Assembly: GCA_020137815.1 (NCBI GenBank)
Contig: CM035358.1
Location: 62,001 to 126,000 of the forward strand
Direction of reading: 5' to 3'
DNA: 64,000 nucleotides
DNA from: Hormiphora californensis
Lineage: Eukaryota; Animalia; Ctenophora
Below, in pieces: positions 1 through 11,598 of the stretch. A program made the position numbers and the translations under genes. Under the pieces are notes generated by a model. The model ran no database searches, was not told where the DNA came from, and was given only the letters and a program-made list of their open reading frames with translations. Every line of letters starts with the position of its first letter. Position 1 is the first letter of the stretch.

Positions 1-16
1 CTCTCTCTCCTCTCTC

Positions 17-69
<53 letters not shown>

Positions 70-120
70 CGTCTCTCTCTCCTCTCTCTCTCTCTTCTCT
101 CTTCTCTCTCTCTCTCTCTC
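1..120. repeat. (CT)n/(GA)n microsatellite
   Basis: Imperfect dinucleotide run read directly from the sequence. Confidence 0.95.
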
Positions 121-2912
121 TCACTCTTCCTCGGCCTCGCTAGCAACAACTGAACCTCTTCTAATTCTCCAAATCTTCTCTGGTTCAAGTTCCCTTCTCT
201 CTCTCAATCTCGCTACCAAAACTCTACGCTCAACTCGCTCTTCAACAGTCCTGTCTGGTGCTATATAAACTGTCTGGTAGGATTCTGAGTCTTTTAGCTG
301 AGCAGACTTGGCCAGAACTGTCCTTGCTGCCTCTCTGGTCCTAAACACTACCCGAACAAGTCGTACTCGCTTACCACTTCTCCCGAGTCTTTCAACTTTC
401 GAGACCACTGAAGCTTCACCAAGTTCCTGGAACACGTCCTTTATCTTGTCACAGTCGTTACTATCCGCAGATTCAGGTAGTCCATACACTATCAAATTGG
501 TGGAGTGATCTTCCGAGGCACTGACAATAGCTGTCCGGATCTTGCTGGGGGCAAGAGCAGATACACAACTCTCTTTAACAGCAGTGGCGGCAGTCTCCAA
601 AACAGTGGAGTAGCTCTTAATCTCCTCCTTAACCCTTTGAGGCCCAGAGGGTCATATATGTCCAAAAGTTTGAGGCTTCCTAGCGACAAGCCTAATAAAG
701 TTTTGGCCTAAAATAAAATGCCAGGTGGTAGCTTGAACGATTCTCTATCTATAAATGGGGACATTTTCATGCCAAGTTGTATGAGGAAGTTCCTAATTAG
801 GACTAAATGAACCCCACTTCGGTCATTTTTTCTAATTAGGTCTCATTTCCTGATGAATTGTCCTAAACTAATTTCCTTCTAGAATAATATACTAGTAGAT
901 TAAATGGAGCTGTTAGAACAAACGGCATCAAAAAATATTCATTTTTGACTGAGAAAACTCAATTTTTGGTTTCGGGTCATATATGACCCTCTGGGTCGTT
1001 TGGGAAGTTAAGAATTTCAAACGGCCTGAGAGTCCTCCGTATGCTTTCAGAGTCTCAAAAACTGGTTAGTCAGTGCCCTAATGATTATACAAGTCCACAG
1101 GAACCGTTTCATGAACCGTATTGACCGATTTCTACGATTTAGTCTAGGTTTAGGGTCATATATGACCCTCTGGGTCGTTCACGGAAAACTACCTATCATG
1201 TTAAATTTAGTCTTTAAACGCCGTTTATGATCAAACAAGATGCCAAACCCGCAGTAATTCATCACATTAGTGGGGGTAGAGCATCAAATTAAGTCCCTAT
1301 CTCGACCACTTATCGAGATAATTGGGTAATTATGTCATTATCATCATGCACATACCTCCAGTTTGGGAGAAGTTTTGGGGCAAATGAGGGCACTAAAACG
1401 TGTAGAATCATCGCATTAGTGGGGGTAGAGCAAAAAATTAAGTCCCTATTCCTACTTCTAACTGATATAATTGGATAATTAGGTAATTGAAGGTTGTGCA
1501 ACTACCATGCTTCACCGAAGCGCACGGTTCAGGCTGGTCCTGATCATACATCACTTCTGCATCAGGTTGTATCCTAACGGTGAAGTTCAGATTAGTTTAA
1601 AGTGAAAAGAGGTGAAATAAAACATGTCAAAGGTCGCTAAAAATAGGTTTGGGTCAAGTATGAGGGTTATTAGGCTGTAGGGATGATCCTACCTTGCGCT
1701 TCGGTGAAGCATGGTAGTTGCACAACCTTCAATTATCCAATTATCCAATTATATCAATTAGAAGTAGGAATAGGGACTTAATTTTGTGCTCTACCCCCAC
1801 TAATGCGATGATTCTACACGTTTTAGTGCCCTCATTTGCCCCAAAACGTTCTCCCAAAATCTGGAGGTATGCGCATGATGATAATGACATAATTACCTAA
1901 TTATCTCGATAAGTGGTCGAGATAGGGACTTAATTTGATGCTCTACCCCCACTAATGTGATGATTTACTGAGGGTTTAGCATCTTATTTGATCATAAACG
2001 GCGTCCAAAGCCTGAATAACACATGTGAGGTGATGTGCAATGAACAACCCAGAGTGTCATATGACCTGAAACCTACCCCTAATTAGAGAAATCAGTCAAT
2101 TCAGGTCATGTAACGGTTCCTGTCAACTCGTTTCATCTCTAGGGCACTGACTAACCAGATTTTGTGGCTTGGAAGGCATATGGAGGACCCCTAGGCCGCT
2201 TGAAATTCTTAACTTCCCAAACGACCCAGAGGGTCATATATGACCCATGCTGTATCTGAAAAAGTAATGAACCGATTTGAAAAACTATTTTTCCCCTAAT
2301 CTTAGAGTATCATGCTGGGTATATCTGGGAAAAATTAGAAAATTTCGTTCAGCCAATCACTATGGGCCTCAAAGGGTTAACCACTGTTTGTACAGCACTG
2401 ATACTCTTCTCCAGTAGAGAATCCTTGTAGGCGATTATGGAGTCCTTCAGGGCACTGATCTCGTCGTGCAGAGTGATAATTTTGCGGTCCCGCTCTAACA
2501 ACTCATCCTTGGTGGCGTCAAGACGGTCCCTAGTAGTCTTTAGATCCTCTAGAACTTCAAAATCAACTTCCATGTTTTCATTAGCTGGGGAACTGATAAC
2601 AGGTGTCTTATCCTCTTTCTTTTCCTCTTTCTTCTCCTCTAACTCCTTCCTGGCCATCTGGGAAAGAGGCAGTGATCGATACCAAAGAAGACCAGCCATG
2701 TCAGCGATAATCTTCAGCTTCTTGTTGGTGTCTAGAGATTTCAAGTAGTTGTTCGTCAACTTGTTCGGATCAAACTCACCTCCCTCTTTGTTCGGTTCAG
2801 CGTACCCCGCAGCTCGTCGTAGTGTAGCCAAAATAGATGTTTCTAACCGGTGGAAGTCCGCAGTACAAGCCTTGTCACCTGGACCTCCATGGCTGGAGAA
2901 GGTGCGATCCAT
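121..2912 (-). pseudogene. LINE ORF1-like protein (coiled coil + L2/CR1-type ORF1 C-terminal domain), split by the insertion at 633-2376
   Basis: ORF 2912-2377 (..SAVQTVV) joins in frame to 628-121 (KEEIKSYSTVLE..NLIVYGLPES..RLGR..RLVRVVF..VYIAPDRT) after removing the insert and one TTAA, giving 348 codons. Confidence 0.75.
633..2376. mobile_element. Non-autonomous piggyBac-like element with internal foldback structure
   Basis: TTAA at 629-632 and 2377-2380; TIR CCCTTTGAGGCCCA / TGGGCCTCAAAGGG; internal inverted arms ~980-1525 vs ~1695-2250; no transposase. Confidence 0.9.
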
Positions 2913-3200
2913 CTCCGTGTAGAACTTGTAAGATTAGTTTGAACAAAGGGTCGATCAGCAGCGAAACACCAGAAACAGTGAAAGAACAACCAACCCTGGA
3001 AATGGCCAAGGCGAAATTGGACAGCCTTCTTACCAAACTTCCAGACAGACCCCCGACAACTAACTACAATACCCTCGACAACAGCCTACTGGCATTGCTG
3101 GGGGGAGCTAGAGGCACGGTCAGCAGTCCGTTAGCCTGACCGTCTGTTTCGACCCCCCCCCCCACGAATCATCTCCCCCCCTACGGAAGGTGCTAAGAAG

Positions 3201-3241
3201 TAGAGAGGTAGAGAGCGAGAGAGAGAGAGAGAGAAGAGCGA

Positions 3242-3313
<72 letters not shown>

Positions 3314-3509
3314 GTAGAGAGAAAGCGAGCGAGAGAAGAGAGAGAAGAGAGGAGAGCGAGAGAGCGAGAGAGAGAGAGAGAGATAGAGAGATGAGAGATG
3401 CGACGAGATAGAGAGAGATAGTCCGATCTACTATCTATACTAGTGAGATATCGATCTAGATCTATATCTCTCTCTCTAGCTCTCGTATAGATATATATCT
3501 CTCTCTCTC

Positions 3510-3560
<51 letters not shown>
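3201..3560. repeat. (GA)n then (CT)n microsatellite
   Basis: Read directly; accounts for the RE-rich ORF 3190-3411. Confidence 0.9.
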
Positions 3561-3561
<1 letters not shown>

Positions 3562-3824
3562 CTCTCTTCATTTCTGTCTCAATTTCTCTGTCGTTACGTC
3601 TTTGTCTCTCCGTAACTCTCACTCATTCTCTACTCTATATGGGGGATCGCATCATGCAACTGCAACTGCTTGCTGAAATGTGGAATCTGATCCTCAATGG
3701 AGGGATTTGATCCTCATTGGGGTGATCTGATCCTTAACAGCGAAAAGAAGAGAGAGATAAAGAGAGAGATAAAGAGAGAGGGACTGAAGATAACTTTCGT
3801 TTGAAATGCATTGCTGATTTTATT

Positions 3825-4382
3825 TTTATTTCCCTGCCCGGGTGGATGCCGAAGGCATCCACCCGGATGCCTTTTTACCTTGTAAAAAGGCATAGCAGGG
3901 TTAGAATTCGAAAACGACATTTTGGTATACTAACTAATCGGTAGAGGGACCATTTTGGTCACACTTTCGTTGCGAGGGGCAACCCGGTACCACCCGGTGT
4001 ACTTAGCGTAGCAACTGAGCCGCGCGCACAACAACAAGCTGCTCCTTTATCAAAACTTACAATGACACAGTTTGATGGACGTGTATGCGCGCGCCACTCA
4101 ACAAAACATGAATAGCGCTGCCGCGTGTTTCGCGTGTTACATACACATTGTCATTTTGCGAGTCGAGTGTGAGAGGTTAGATAAGTAGTTAAGTTGGAAT
4201 GTCAAAAGCTGGTTAGCAAGTGTCATGTGAGTAAACTAAGCTATGTGAGAAGTATACTGACAGCTAGATCGTATGCATCTCACATTACATTTTGACCAAG
4301 CCTTGATCCTGTTGACAGTGACACGTGAAACGGGAGGGCAGGGAAACACAGCATTATGAATACATAATGCAATAATTCTTGT
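3825..4382 (-). mobile_element. Helentron/HINE-like non-autonomous element (same family as 8709-9340)
   Basis: One end is AAGAATTATTGCATTATGTATTCATAATGC..TTTCCCTGCCC; the other is a GC hairpin plus GGGCAGGGAAA subterminal IR. Related end at ~13906. Confidence 0.5.
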
Positions 4383-4464
4383 AAGTCCACCAAATGTGGT
4401 TTTTTGATTTATTGAGCCCACCTGATACATCATCATTATGATTTATCAAACCTTCTACTATATA

Positions 4465-4821
4465 TCTCTATTATAATTTGGAGATGAACGTCGTCGAAGT
4501 CGAAGTCGTTCGTTAGGCGGTATCTAAGCGACAGTCTGCTCCTTCATAAAACACTCTATGTGCCCAAAGCTGTAAAGCTGTTACTCACAGTTTTGGAACT
4601 TCCAGTGGAAGTTTATTAATATTTTCGAATGCCTTTTAACATGCCAGTCCCCATAGTTACCAATTCAGTTGTCATGGCAACCGTGTTATTGTCAATAACA
4701 CGGTTGCCACTTTTAACGTCAATAACTTATTGACGTTAAAAGTGGCGAAAAGAACCACTCGGCGAAGCCGGGTGGGTTATCAAAAAACCCTTACTTGAGG
4801 CGCACCCAATGGGTGCGCTAG
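4465..4821 (+). mobile_element. Non-autonomous Helitron
   Basis: A|TCTCTATTATAA start; GCGCACCCAATGGGTGCGC hairpin then CTAG|T end. Confidence 0.65.
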
Positions 4822-4851
4822 TATATATATATATATAATAAGATGACTGAC

Positions 4852-4974
4852 CTGGCAATGGACGACTAGAACATTGTTGGGATTGAGAAGAAGCCACCGG
4901 TCCATAACACCAGTGATATGACACACACTGCCCAGTGCAGGGGCCACTAATGGAGCCCATCCGGAGTTTAATAT
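4852..4974 (-). CDS. GAK: GAK/auxilin-like gene exon (PTEN-like domain, P-loop region)
   Basis: AG|..|GT, phase 0-0, ILNSGWAPLVAPALGSVCHITGVMDRWLLLNPNNVLVVHCQ; resembles the GAK/auxilin GW..AP....W.....NV.VVHC pattern. Confidence 0.8.
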
Positions 4975-5139
4975 CTAAACGGGTAGTGAGTTTTAAGGTG
5001 GGTTCTAGTGTATGTAATCGTGTCACTTTCGGATCTCTCAAATTAAGAGGACATGCGCTAGACAAGGAGCAGAAGCTCGAGGCTTGGAGTAAGTCTAACA
5101 CAGTACAATACACAAATGTGTTCATATATCTGAAATTCA

Positions 5140-5980
5140 TCACTGTGCTGGCAAGTGCAAAGGTTGCCATCCCCCCAAGCAAAAGCGCCGCCAGAAACGC
5201 AGTTATACGTTTTATGGGTGTTTGGCTGAAAACCCAGATTTCAGAAGGCTATCGCGTGGTTCCCTTTCATCCGTTTAGTTAGACTTGAAATTTGGAATGT
5301 ATACCCGGCTTGGGGTCTTTGACTCTAGTTTAAAATTTCAAGTCTCTATCTCATCTGGAACCGAAGTTACAGATAGGTCCCATTTACCACCCTTACCATA
5401 AATTCAGTGTAACACACGTATACGTGCGCCGTGCGCGCGCACGTAGGAGAGACGCTTTTTATAAACCATATTCACCCCAAACAAAAAAAGATAGAAACTT
5501 CTCATTTTCACAGCTGGTAGATCTACTGGATGTGTGTGCATTAGTCGATGTGGGGTCTCTTTTCATCGCCAGGAACGTCCTACAGAACGTCTTAAAGTCG
5601 TCATTTTTAGACTCTGACCAAAATTCTTTGAGCTCAATTTACACACTGAAGACGGATTCTAATCGAAAAACGAAGGCTATATCATGGAGAGAGAATTGTC
5701 TAAACTTTCAGAAACTATATTGCGAATTTCCAAAACTACATGTATAAGGGTCTTAAAACGCGTCTGAAGTGTTATGACTGTTTAAAAATAGATATGACGA
5801 TATGGGGTTTGGGTCAAAATGACGTCAAAAATGAAATTTTCTCAATTTCGCGATTCCATCATCTCCGTACCTGTTCTACTACATCTAAATGGATAAAAAA
5901 ATCCCAAAAATGATGCAAATTATAGCTCAAATCATAGGGCAACCTTTCCAGCCTACTAATTTTAATTAGCTTTGGTATAA
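5140..5980 (+). mobile_element. Non-autonomous Helitron-like element, TCACTG family
   Basis: A|TCACTGTGCTGGCAAGTGCAAAGGTTGCC start; GGCAACCTTT subterminal IR, CTAATTTTAATTAG hairpin, ..GGTATAA|T end. Confidence 0.65.
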
Positions 5981-6106
5981 TAACTGTAAACATAAATCAC
6001 AGTAAATTTAAATGTAAATCACGACTTTTAGGCGAGAAGAATGGCCACCATTGCGCTTGCCATCGCAGTGATCATACATATAATTTACGGAAGATTGTAA
6101 TCTTAC

Positions 6107-6302
6107 CCTGCCTCCGAATGCCGCTTTCGGGTACTCTATGTTTGTTAGATTTATAAAGTAAGCATGTTTTCCATGTCTCTGAGTCACCATGTCTTCAACT
6201 GTTTCAAGAATACTTGGATCAGGGAATGCGACTGCTGTAATCCGAGACGTTACGGTCGTTATTGCTAGCTGCCCTTCATCCAGTCGATCATTCGAATACA
6301 GA
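6107..6302 (-). CDS. GAK: GAK/auxilin-like gene exon (start of PTEN-like domain)
   Basis: Phase 2-0, LYSNDRLDEGQLAITTVTSRITAVAFPDPSILETVEDMVTQRHGKHAYFINLTNIEYPKAAFGGR; resembles the tensin/PTEN-type motif LDISYITSRIAVMSFP..H..Y.VYNL. Confidence 0.85.
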
Positions 6303-7963
6303 CTGTTTAAAAAGTGGTAGCAGTTTTCGTACGGTGGTGTTGTAGTTAGGGGGCACTTGCCAGTGCTATGATATATCACTGCGCTGGCAAGCGCAAAGGT
6401 GACCCCATCCCATCCCCCAAAAACGTTTCCCGAAAAAGTGGGCCCGCTTGCCAACAGCGTAGATATAACAATTTTGAAGTCTTAGCCCATTTTGGCACTT
6501 TTCGACCCCTCCTAACTCAAGAACCAGATGAACTAGGAGGCTAAAATTTAGTGCTAAGAAGCTTCACGTAGACCTCTACTGACAGTAAAAATTTCAAGTA
6601 GCTAGCTCATTCCGGTCGCAAGTTACCGCCTGGGCCAAAAAAACGTGGGGTACGCCGAGCCTCATATCTCCCAAATCGTAACTTCTATCACTCTGATATT
6701 TTGACACGATTTTTGTATACCTACTCATTCGAGGAATCCGGAGTTTCAGCCCTCAGGATAAAAGTTCATTTTTTTGACTGAATGAACATTGAATTAACAC
6801 CAAAATGGGACTATATTTCGGTACCAAAGTTTCACAAATTTGTTTGGCTATCGATTTTCCTTCGAACGCGACCAGTTTGAGCTTAATTGGATCACCACAA
6901 GAATCACAGTGACCAGTTTACCAAGCCTAGGTTGGGCCATGTGATCCCCATCAAATTATGACGTATTAGCAAGAGAACTTACATTCTAACGGGCGCTGTA
7001 TCGGTACATCGTCCTCATAATTAGCAGATACTCCGGATTAAGTGGTCGGACGTGTATGCCTAAAAATTGCTTAAGTGGTCAAAATCCAAAAGGACCCCCC
7101 CACCCCCTAAAATTGACCACTTAATCAGTGGTCAAACCCTAAATAGACCCCTAAACCCCCAAAATTTACCGAAAAACTAGCTTTTTTGCCCAAATTTAGG
7201 CTGTTTTCTGGGACCAAAACCAAAAAATTTCCAGAAAAAAATTTCGCGCGCAAGAAAATTGAAATTTGAATTTTGAAAATTGAAAATTTTTTCAGGTCCA
7301 CCTCGAAGAATCTCAATTTTTACCGAAAATTGACCAAACTTGGCCGAAAATTGACCAAATTTGGCCAAAAAATGACCATTTAGCGAAAAACACTAAGTGG
7401 CAAGTTTGAAAAAACACCCACCCCCTTAAGTGGCATATACGTCCGAACCATTTATCCTGAACCCCCCCCCCCCCCCCCGGATACTCGACCATTACATCTG
7501 CGTATTGGCACTTAGTAATGACGTTATCGTCTCAATGGGGGTCACATGACCAACCCTAGGGTTAGAAAACTGGATACTGTGTCTCTTGTGGTGGTCCAAT
7601 TGAGCTCCAATTAGTCGCGTTGGAAAGGAAATCGATACCCGAATGCAACTGTGAAATTAATTTTCGGAAAAGCATTCCTATTTTCAAGTTCATTCAGGAT
7701 TCATTCCAGTCGGAAAAATGAACTTTGAGATAGAGAGCTAAAGTTCCGGCTAACATCAACATTGATCAAGTGCAATGGCCTTACCAATTTTTAGCGCCTG
7801 AAATTACCGATTTCTCGTCAAAACGGGTCAAAATCGATTTTCGGTGAAAAATTAACAGTTTTATATTGTTTATTTCACCAACTAAACTTGACTCAATTTT
7901 AATAAAAATACAGATTGCCATTTGTTAATAGTTGTTCTATTGCATGGCGGTCATTTTTAAGAA

Positions 7964-8584
7964 TCATACTATTATTAAAGCAAATAGGGAAATCCTGTGT
8001 GACATTTTTTACCTTATATGGCATTTAGCACGTGCAGGTTTAGAGGTGAACTGTGGAATACTACTGGAGTGGGGCCAGGAATCGGAGCCGTTGCCAATGG
8101 CATGGTTGCTACTATACTGCACGTGCACGTGCATTTGATCTTGCTTTGTTCCAGCTAATATGCTCTCTTCAACAACTGTTGATATACGACAGCGACAATT
8201 GGAGTTATTCACGCAAGATCTCGCCATTCTCTACTTTTCCATACACTGAGGGGTTTCAATGCAGCAACACCAAAAGAAGTGCAGAGAGAACGAGCTAGAC
8301 GCTAGAGGTTGAACAGAACCGATGATCAATCTCAGAGATTAAGGCAGATTAATACTGCAAGCAGACGAAATAGTAAGTTCTTTTATAACTTTGATCGCCG
8401 GATCATCATCTGACGTTCTGAAACCAGAAACTCGCAGCGATCCCGCCTGAGCTCCTTCTACGGTACCGGTACTTAAGATGGGATAGTGCATGTCTTTAGT
8501 TAGACTGATGATGTCAGTGTTCCCTAATCCAGCTACCAATACCATTTCCCCGAAATTCGCCCGTAGGGCGAACGGGTTTACTAG
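7964..8584 (+). mobile_element. Non-autonomous Helitron
   Basis: A|TCATACTATTATTAAAG start; TTCGCCCGTAGGGCGAA hairpin then CTAG|T end; near-identical end at 40089-40117. Confidence 0.7.
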
Positions 8585-8708
8585 TAAAATTGAATATAAA
8601 CAAGAGAAAACCTCGAAAAACCCAAAAAATTAAAAATTGTGTTCATTAATGAATTTTGAAGTTTTAGGAATTGAAACTCCGGATTCCTCGAATGAGTAGG
8701 TATACAAC

Positions 8709-9340
8709 AAGAATTATTGCATTATGTATTCATAATGCGGTGTTTCCCTGCCCCAGATGGGTGTAAAATTGATGACTAAGCTTCATAACTGGATTTCCCG
8801 ATGAATTTTGCACTCAAAGAGCAATTTTTGGCTGATACGATGTTAGTTGCTATGGTATCCAGGGTGGTTGCTATGGTAACCAAGGCAGTTGCTATGGTAA
8901 CCAAGGCAGTTGCTATGATAACCAAGACAGTTGCTTGGGAGATCCTAGTTGGTTACCAAGTGCTTCAACTTCACCCTCATCTTAACTCAAGTCACTTGTG
9001 TGTTAGTAGTTTCATGCTTGGAAGACTTGCTACCACGTCATGGTACGGCTGTAGGGTGCCCAAAGTGATTTCAAGTGAAAGTAGGAAGTGTTACGAGCGA
9101 GTAATTGCGCGCCACAATGCATGTTAATCATCTCCTTTGTTGCATCAACAAAGTGTGATCTGAAAGTTTTATGAAGGAGCAGACTTTGTTACTATGTGTA
9201 ACGGTGGACGGACGGACGGACATTTAGTTAACTCCACGATCTGCTGATTTCTAAACCCTGAATGATATTTTTAGCACGTGCGTGCTAAAAACATCATCCC
9301 GGGTGAATGCCCTTCGGGCATTCACCCGGGCAGGGAAAAA
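8709..9340 (+). mobile_element. Helentron/HINE-like non-autonomous element
   Basis: Subterminal IR TTTCCCTGCCC..GGGCAGGGAAA; hairpin CCCGGGTGAATGCCCTTCGGGCATTCACCCGGG; internal GTTGCTATGGTAACCAAGGCA repeats. Confidence 0.5.
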
Positions 9341-9993
9341 ATTGTGTCAAAATATCAGAGTGATAGAAGTTACGATTTGGGAGATATGAGGCTCAGCGTA
9401 CCCCACGTTTTTTTTTGGCCCAGACACCACCCCCAAAACAGAAAATTCAGTGTGGCGATAGGTATATATGGTCAATGTTATTTTTGTCTGGCTCGTTTTT
9501 GACTCCCTAAAATGGACACTTTCACTAAAAGTCATTTTTGGACAACTAAATTTTGCCAAATTCATGAAAAATCCCATATTTGTTAATAAAAATGTATATT
9601 TGCAACTTTAATAGCTCTTAAAATATAATAACTCAATGCGTGAGGTGCAGGTGCCGGTGACATAGTTTGCAAAAGCATGTGCTGTTCCGTCAATTTTTAA
9701 TAATTTTTCCTGGTTTCTTCAAAAATTTGCTTAAAAATGTTCAATTTAAACACATCTCGAATTTGTAAGCAAACTTACTCAATTTATGAGGTGCAAACGG
9801 TTTCCAAAGTCACACTGCTTTTTAACCTATAGCACCTCACATTTTACAGATTTTGCGAGCTAGAGACACCCATTAGGTTCAAAACTATCATTTTTACCAA
9901 AAAAGTTTGAAAAATATGACTCGATCATAGACTGAGGTGCACCGAAAAAACGATGTTTTCTTAAAACGTCAATAGCACCTAACTGAGTGAGTA

Positions 9994-10838
9994 CAGTCGG
10001 ACCCCGATTTAACGGCCCCCGATTTAGCGGCACCCCGATTTAACGGCAGGATAAATTTCCCCCGAAAAATTTTTGAAAATTTTTTTGAAAATTTTTCAGA
10101 GGTGTTTCAACCACTTTCGAATCGTGTTTCGAATCGGTGCATCTTATTCCATGTCTTGCCGGTAATTAGACGGTTCGAAACGAACAGATATGTGATCCCC
10201 ATGAGACCCATCGAATCGCAATTTTGACGCTTGTTAAACTGGCCCCATGAGGATCACATATCGGTTCGTTTCGAACTGTCTAATTAGCGACAGGACGTGC
10301 GATAAGATGCACTGATTCGAAACACGATTCGGACGTGGTTGATATATCGTTGAAAAATTTTTATAACTTTTTTTGCAAAATTTTACCGAATGATTGTCAA
10401 TGCTTTGATCGGTGCTCCCCATTAATTTTCAGAGAAAATGATATTTTGAAATTCGAATTCTTCCTCACCCCGCTTAAAGTGCCCCGATTCGGCATGGTAT
10501 CACATATCGGTTCGTTTCGAACCGTCTAATTAGCAGCAAGACATGCGACAAGATGCACTGATTCGATAAACGATTCGGACGTGGTTGATATACATAGTAC
10601 CTTAGAATTTTTTTTTAATTTTTAAAATTTTTTAAGTTAATTTCTTTTTCTAATCAGAAATGATCATGTAATCAATACGTCATGGACATTGCATTTACTT
10701 AGAGGTGTTTTAGTATAGTATTTTGGACAAAAATAGGGTTTTATGGGCCAAATATGCTCTACCCCGATTTAACGGACACCCCGATTTAACGGACAAAACC
10801 CTTTCCCCCGAGGGTACCGTTAAATCGGGGTCCGACTG
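9994..10838. mobile_element. Tc1/mariner-pogo-type MITE
   Basis: TA|CAGTCGGACCCCGATTT..AAATCGGGGTCCGACTG|TA; same family at 14023, 48827, 62332 and 63406. Confidence 0.85.
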
Positions 10839-11332
10839 TATATCGTTCTAAAAATGGCCTTAAATTCCCCATATGACACCGTCAAACAATACCTTATCGA
10901 TTCTTACCCCTAACTCAATCTGTGAGGTGTCAGGAGGAAGTAGGTTAAAATAGGTCCCTTTGGGAGGGCCTGCACCTCACCCTTTGAGTGAAATTTGGTA
11001 CCAATTTTGGGCTTATCAGGAGGAAAATTGACTTATCTTCCTATATGCCAAGTTTAAACTCTATATTTACTCATTCAACCTCAAAGAGTAAAGCTTTTAG
11101 CTCTAAAATCGACTTGTGAGTGAGAAATGAATCTAACATTTCCCGAAATTTTCAATTTTTAAAATTGAAAGGTATTCCTGTAAATCAAGTGCACCTCACG
11201 AGGGCACCTCACTCCATATTTCAGTGTCTAGCACCTCACTGGATTGAGCTAGAGACATCGCGTTTTCATAATAATGAAGTTTTGACAATTTTTCAATTTT
11301 TTGATGAGGCAACTCCGCCCGCGGTACAATTC

Positions 11333-11480
11333 AGTTGGTTTGGTAGTTCTCGCGGTGGTGGGAGAGAGTTTGTTTCAGACATTGAATAACAAGGAAAAAC
11401 AAAGAATTCTTTGTTTTTCCTTGTTATTCAATGTCTGAAACAAACTCTCTCCCACCACCGCGAGAACTACCAAACCAACT
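11333..11480. repeat. 148-bp perfect spacerless palindrome
   Basis: Arms mirror around GAATTC at 11404-11409. Confidence 0.9.
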
Positions 11481-11598
11481 CAATTTTTTGAGGTGCCGAG
11501 TAAAACTTGGGAGGTTATAATCCATTTGCTACAGCTCCATGAAAAATTTTGGTCGGCGAGCCAGACAAAAATAACATTGACCATATATATAATATAGA

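Larger units (their letters stand above)
6376..9470 (+). mobile_element. TCACTG-family Helitron-like copy interrupted by a nested foldback (~6630-9423) and further inserts
   Basis: 5' end A|TCACTGCGCTGGCAAGCGC at 6376; IRs 6630-6714 vs 9340-9423 and 6712-6750 vs 8672-8707; family sequence resumes at ~9424 and matches ~11850. Confidence 0.55.
9468..11584. mobile_element. TIR element in TA context hosting a pogo-like MITE and a perfect palindrome
   Basis: TGGTCAATGTTATTTTTGTCTGGCTCG vs CGAGCCAGACAAAAATAACATTGACCA. Confidence 0.6.

Noticed and set aside
4236-4436. Next GAK exon after VVHCQ
   Set aside because: No frame gives the expected DG-containing continuation and the region overlaps a repeat end; the exon is probably left of the window.
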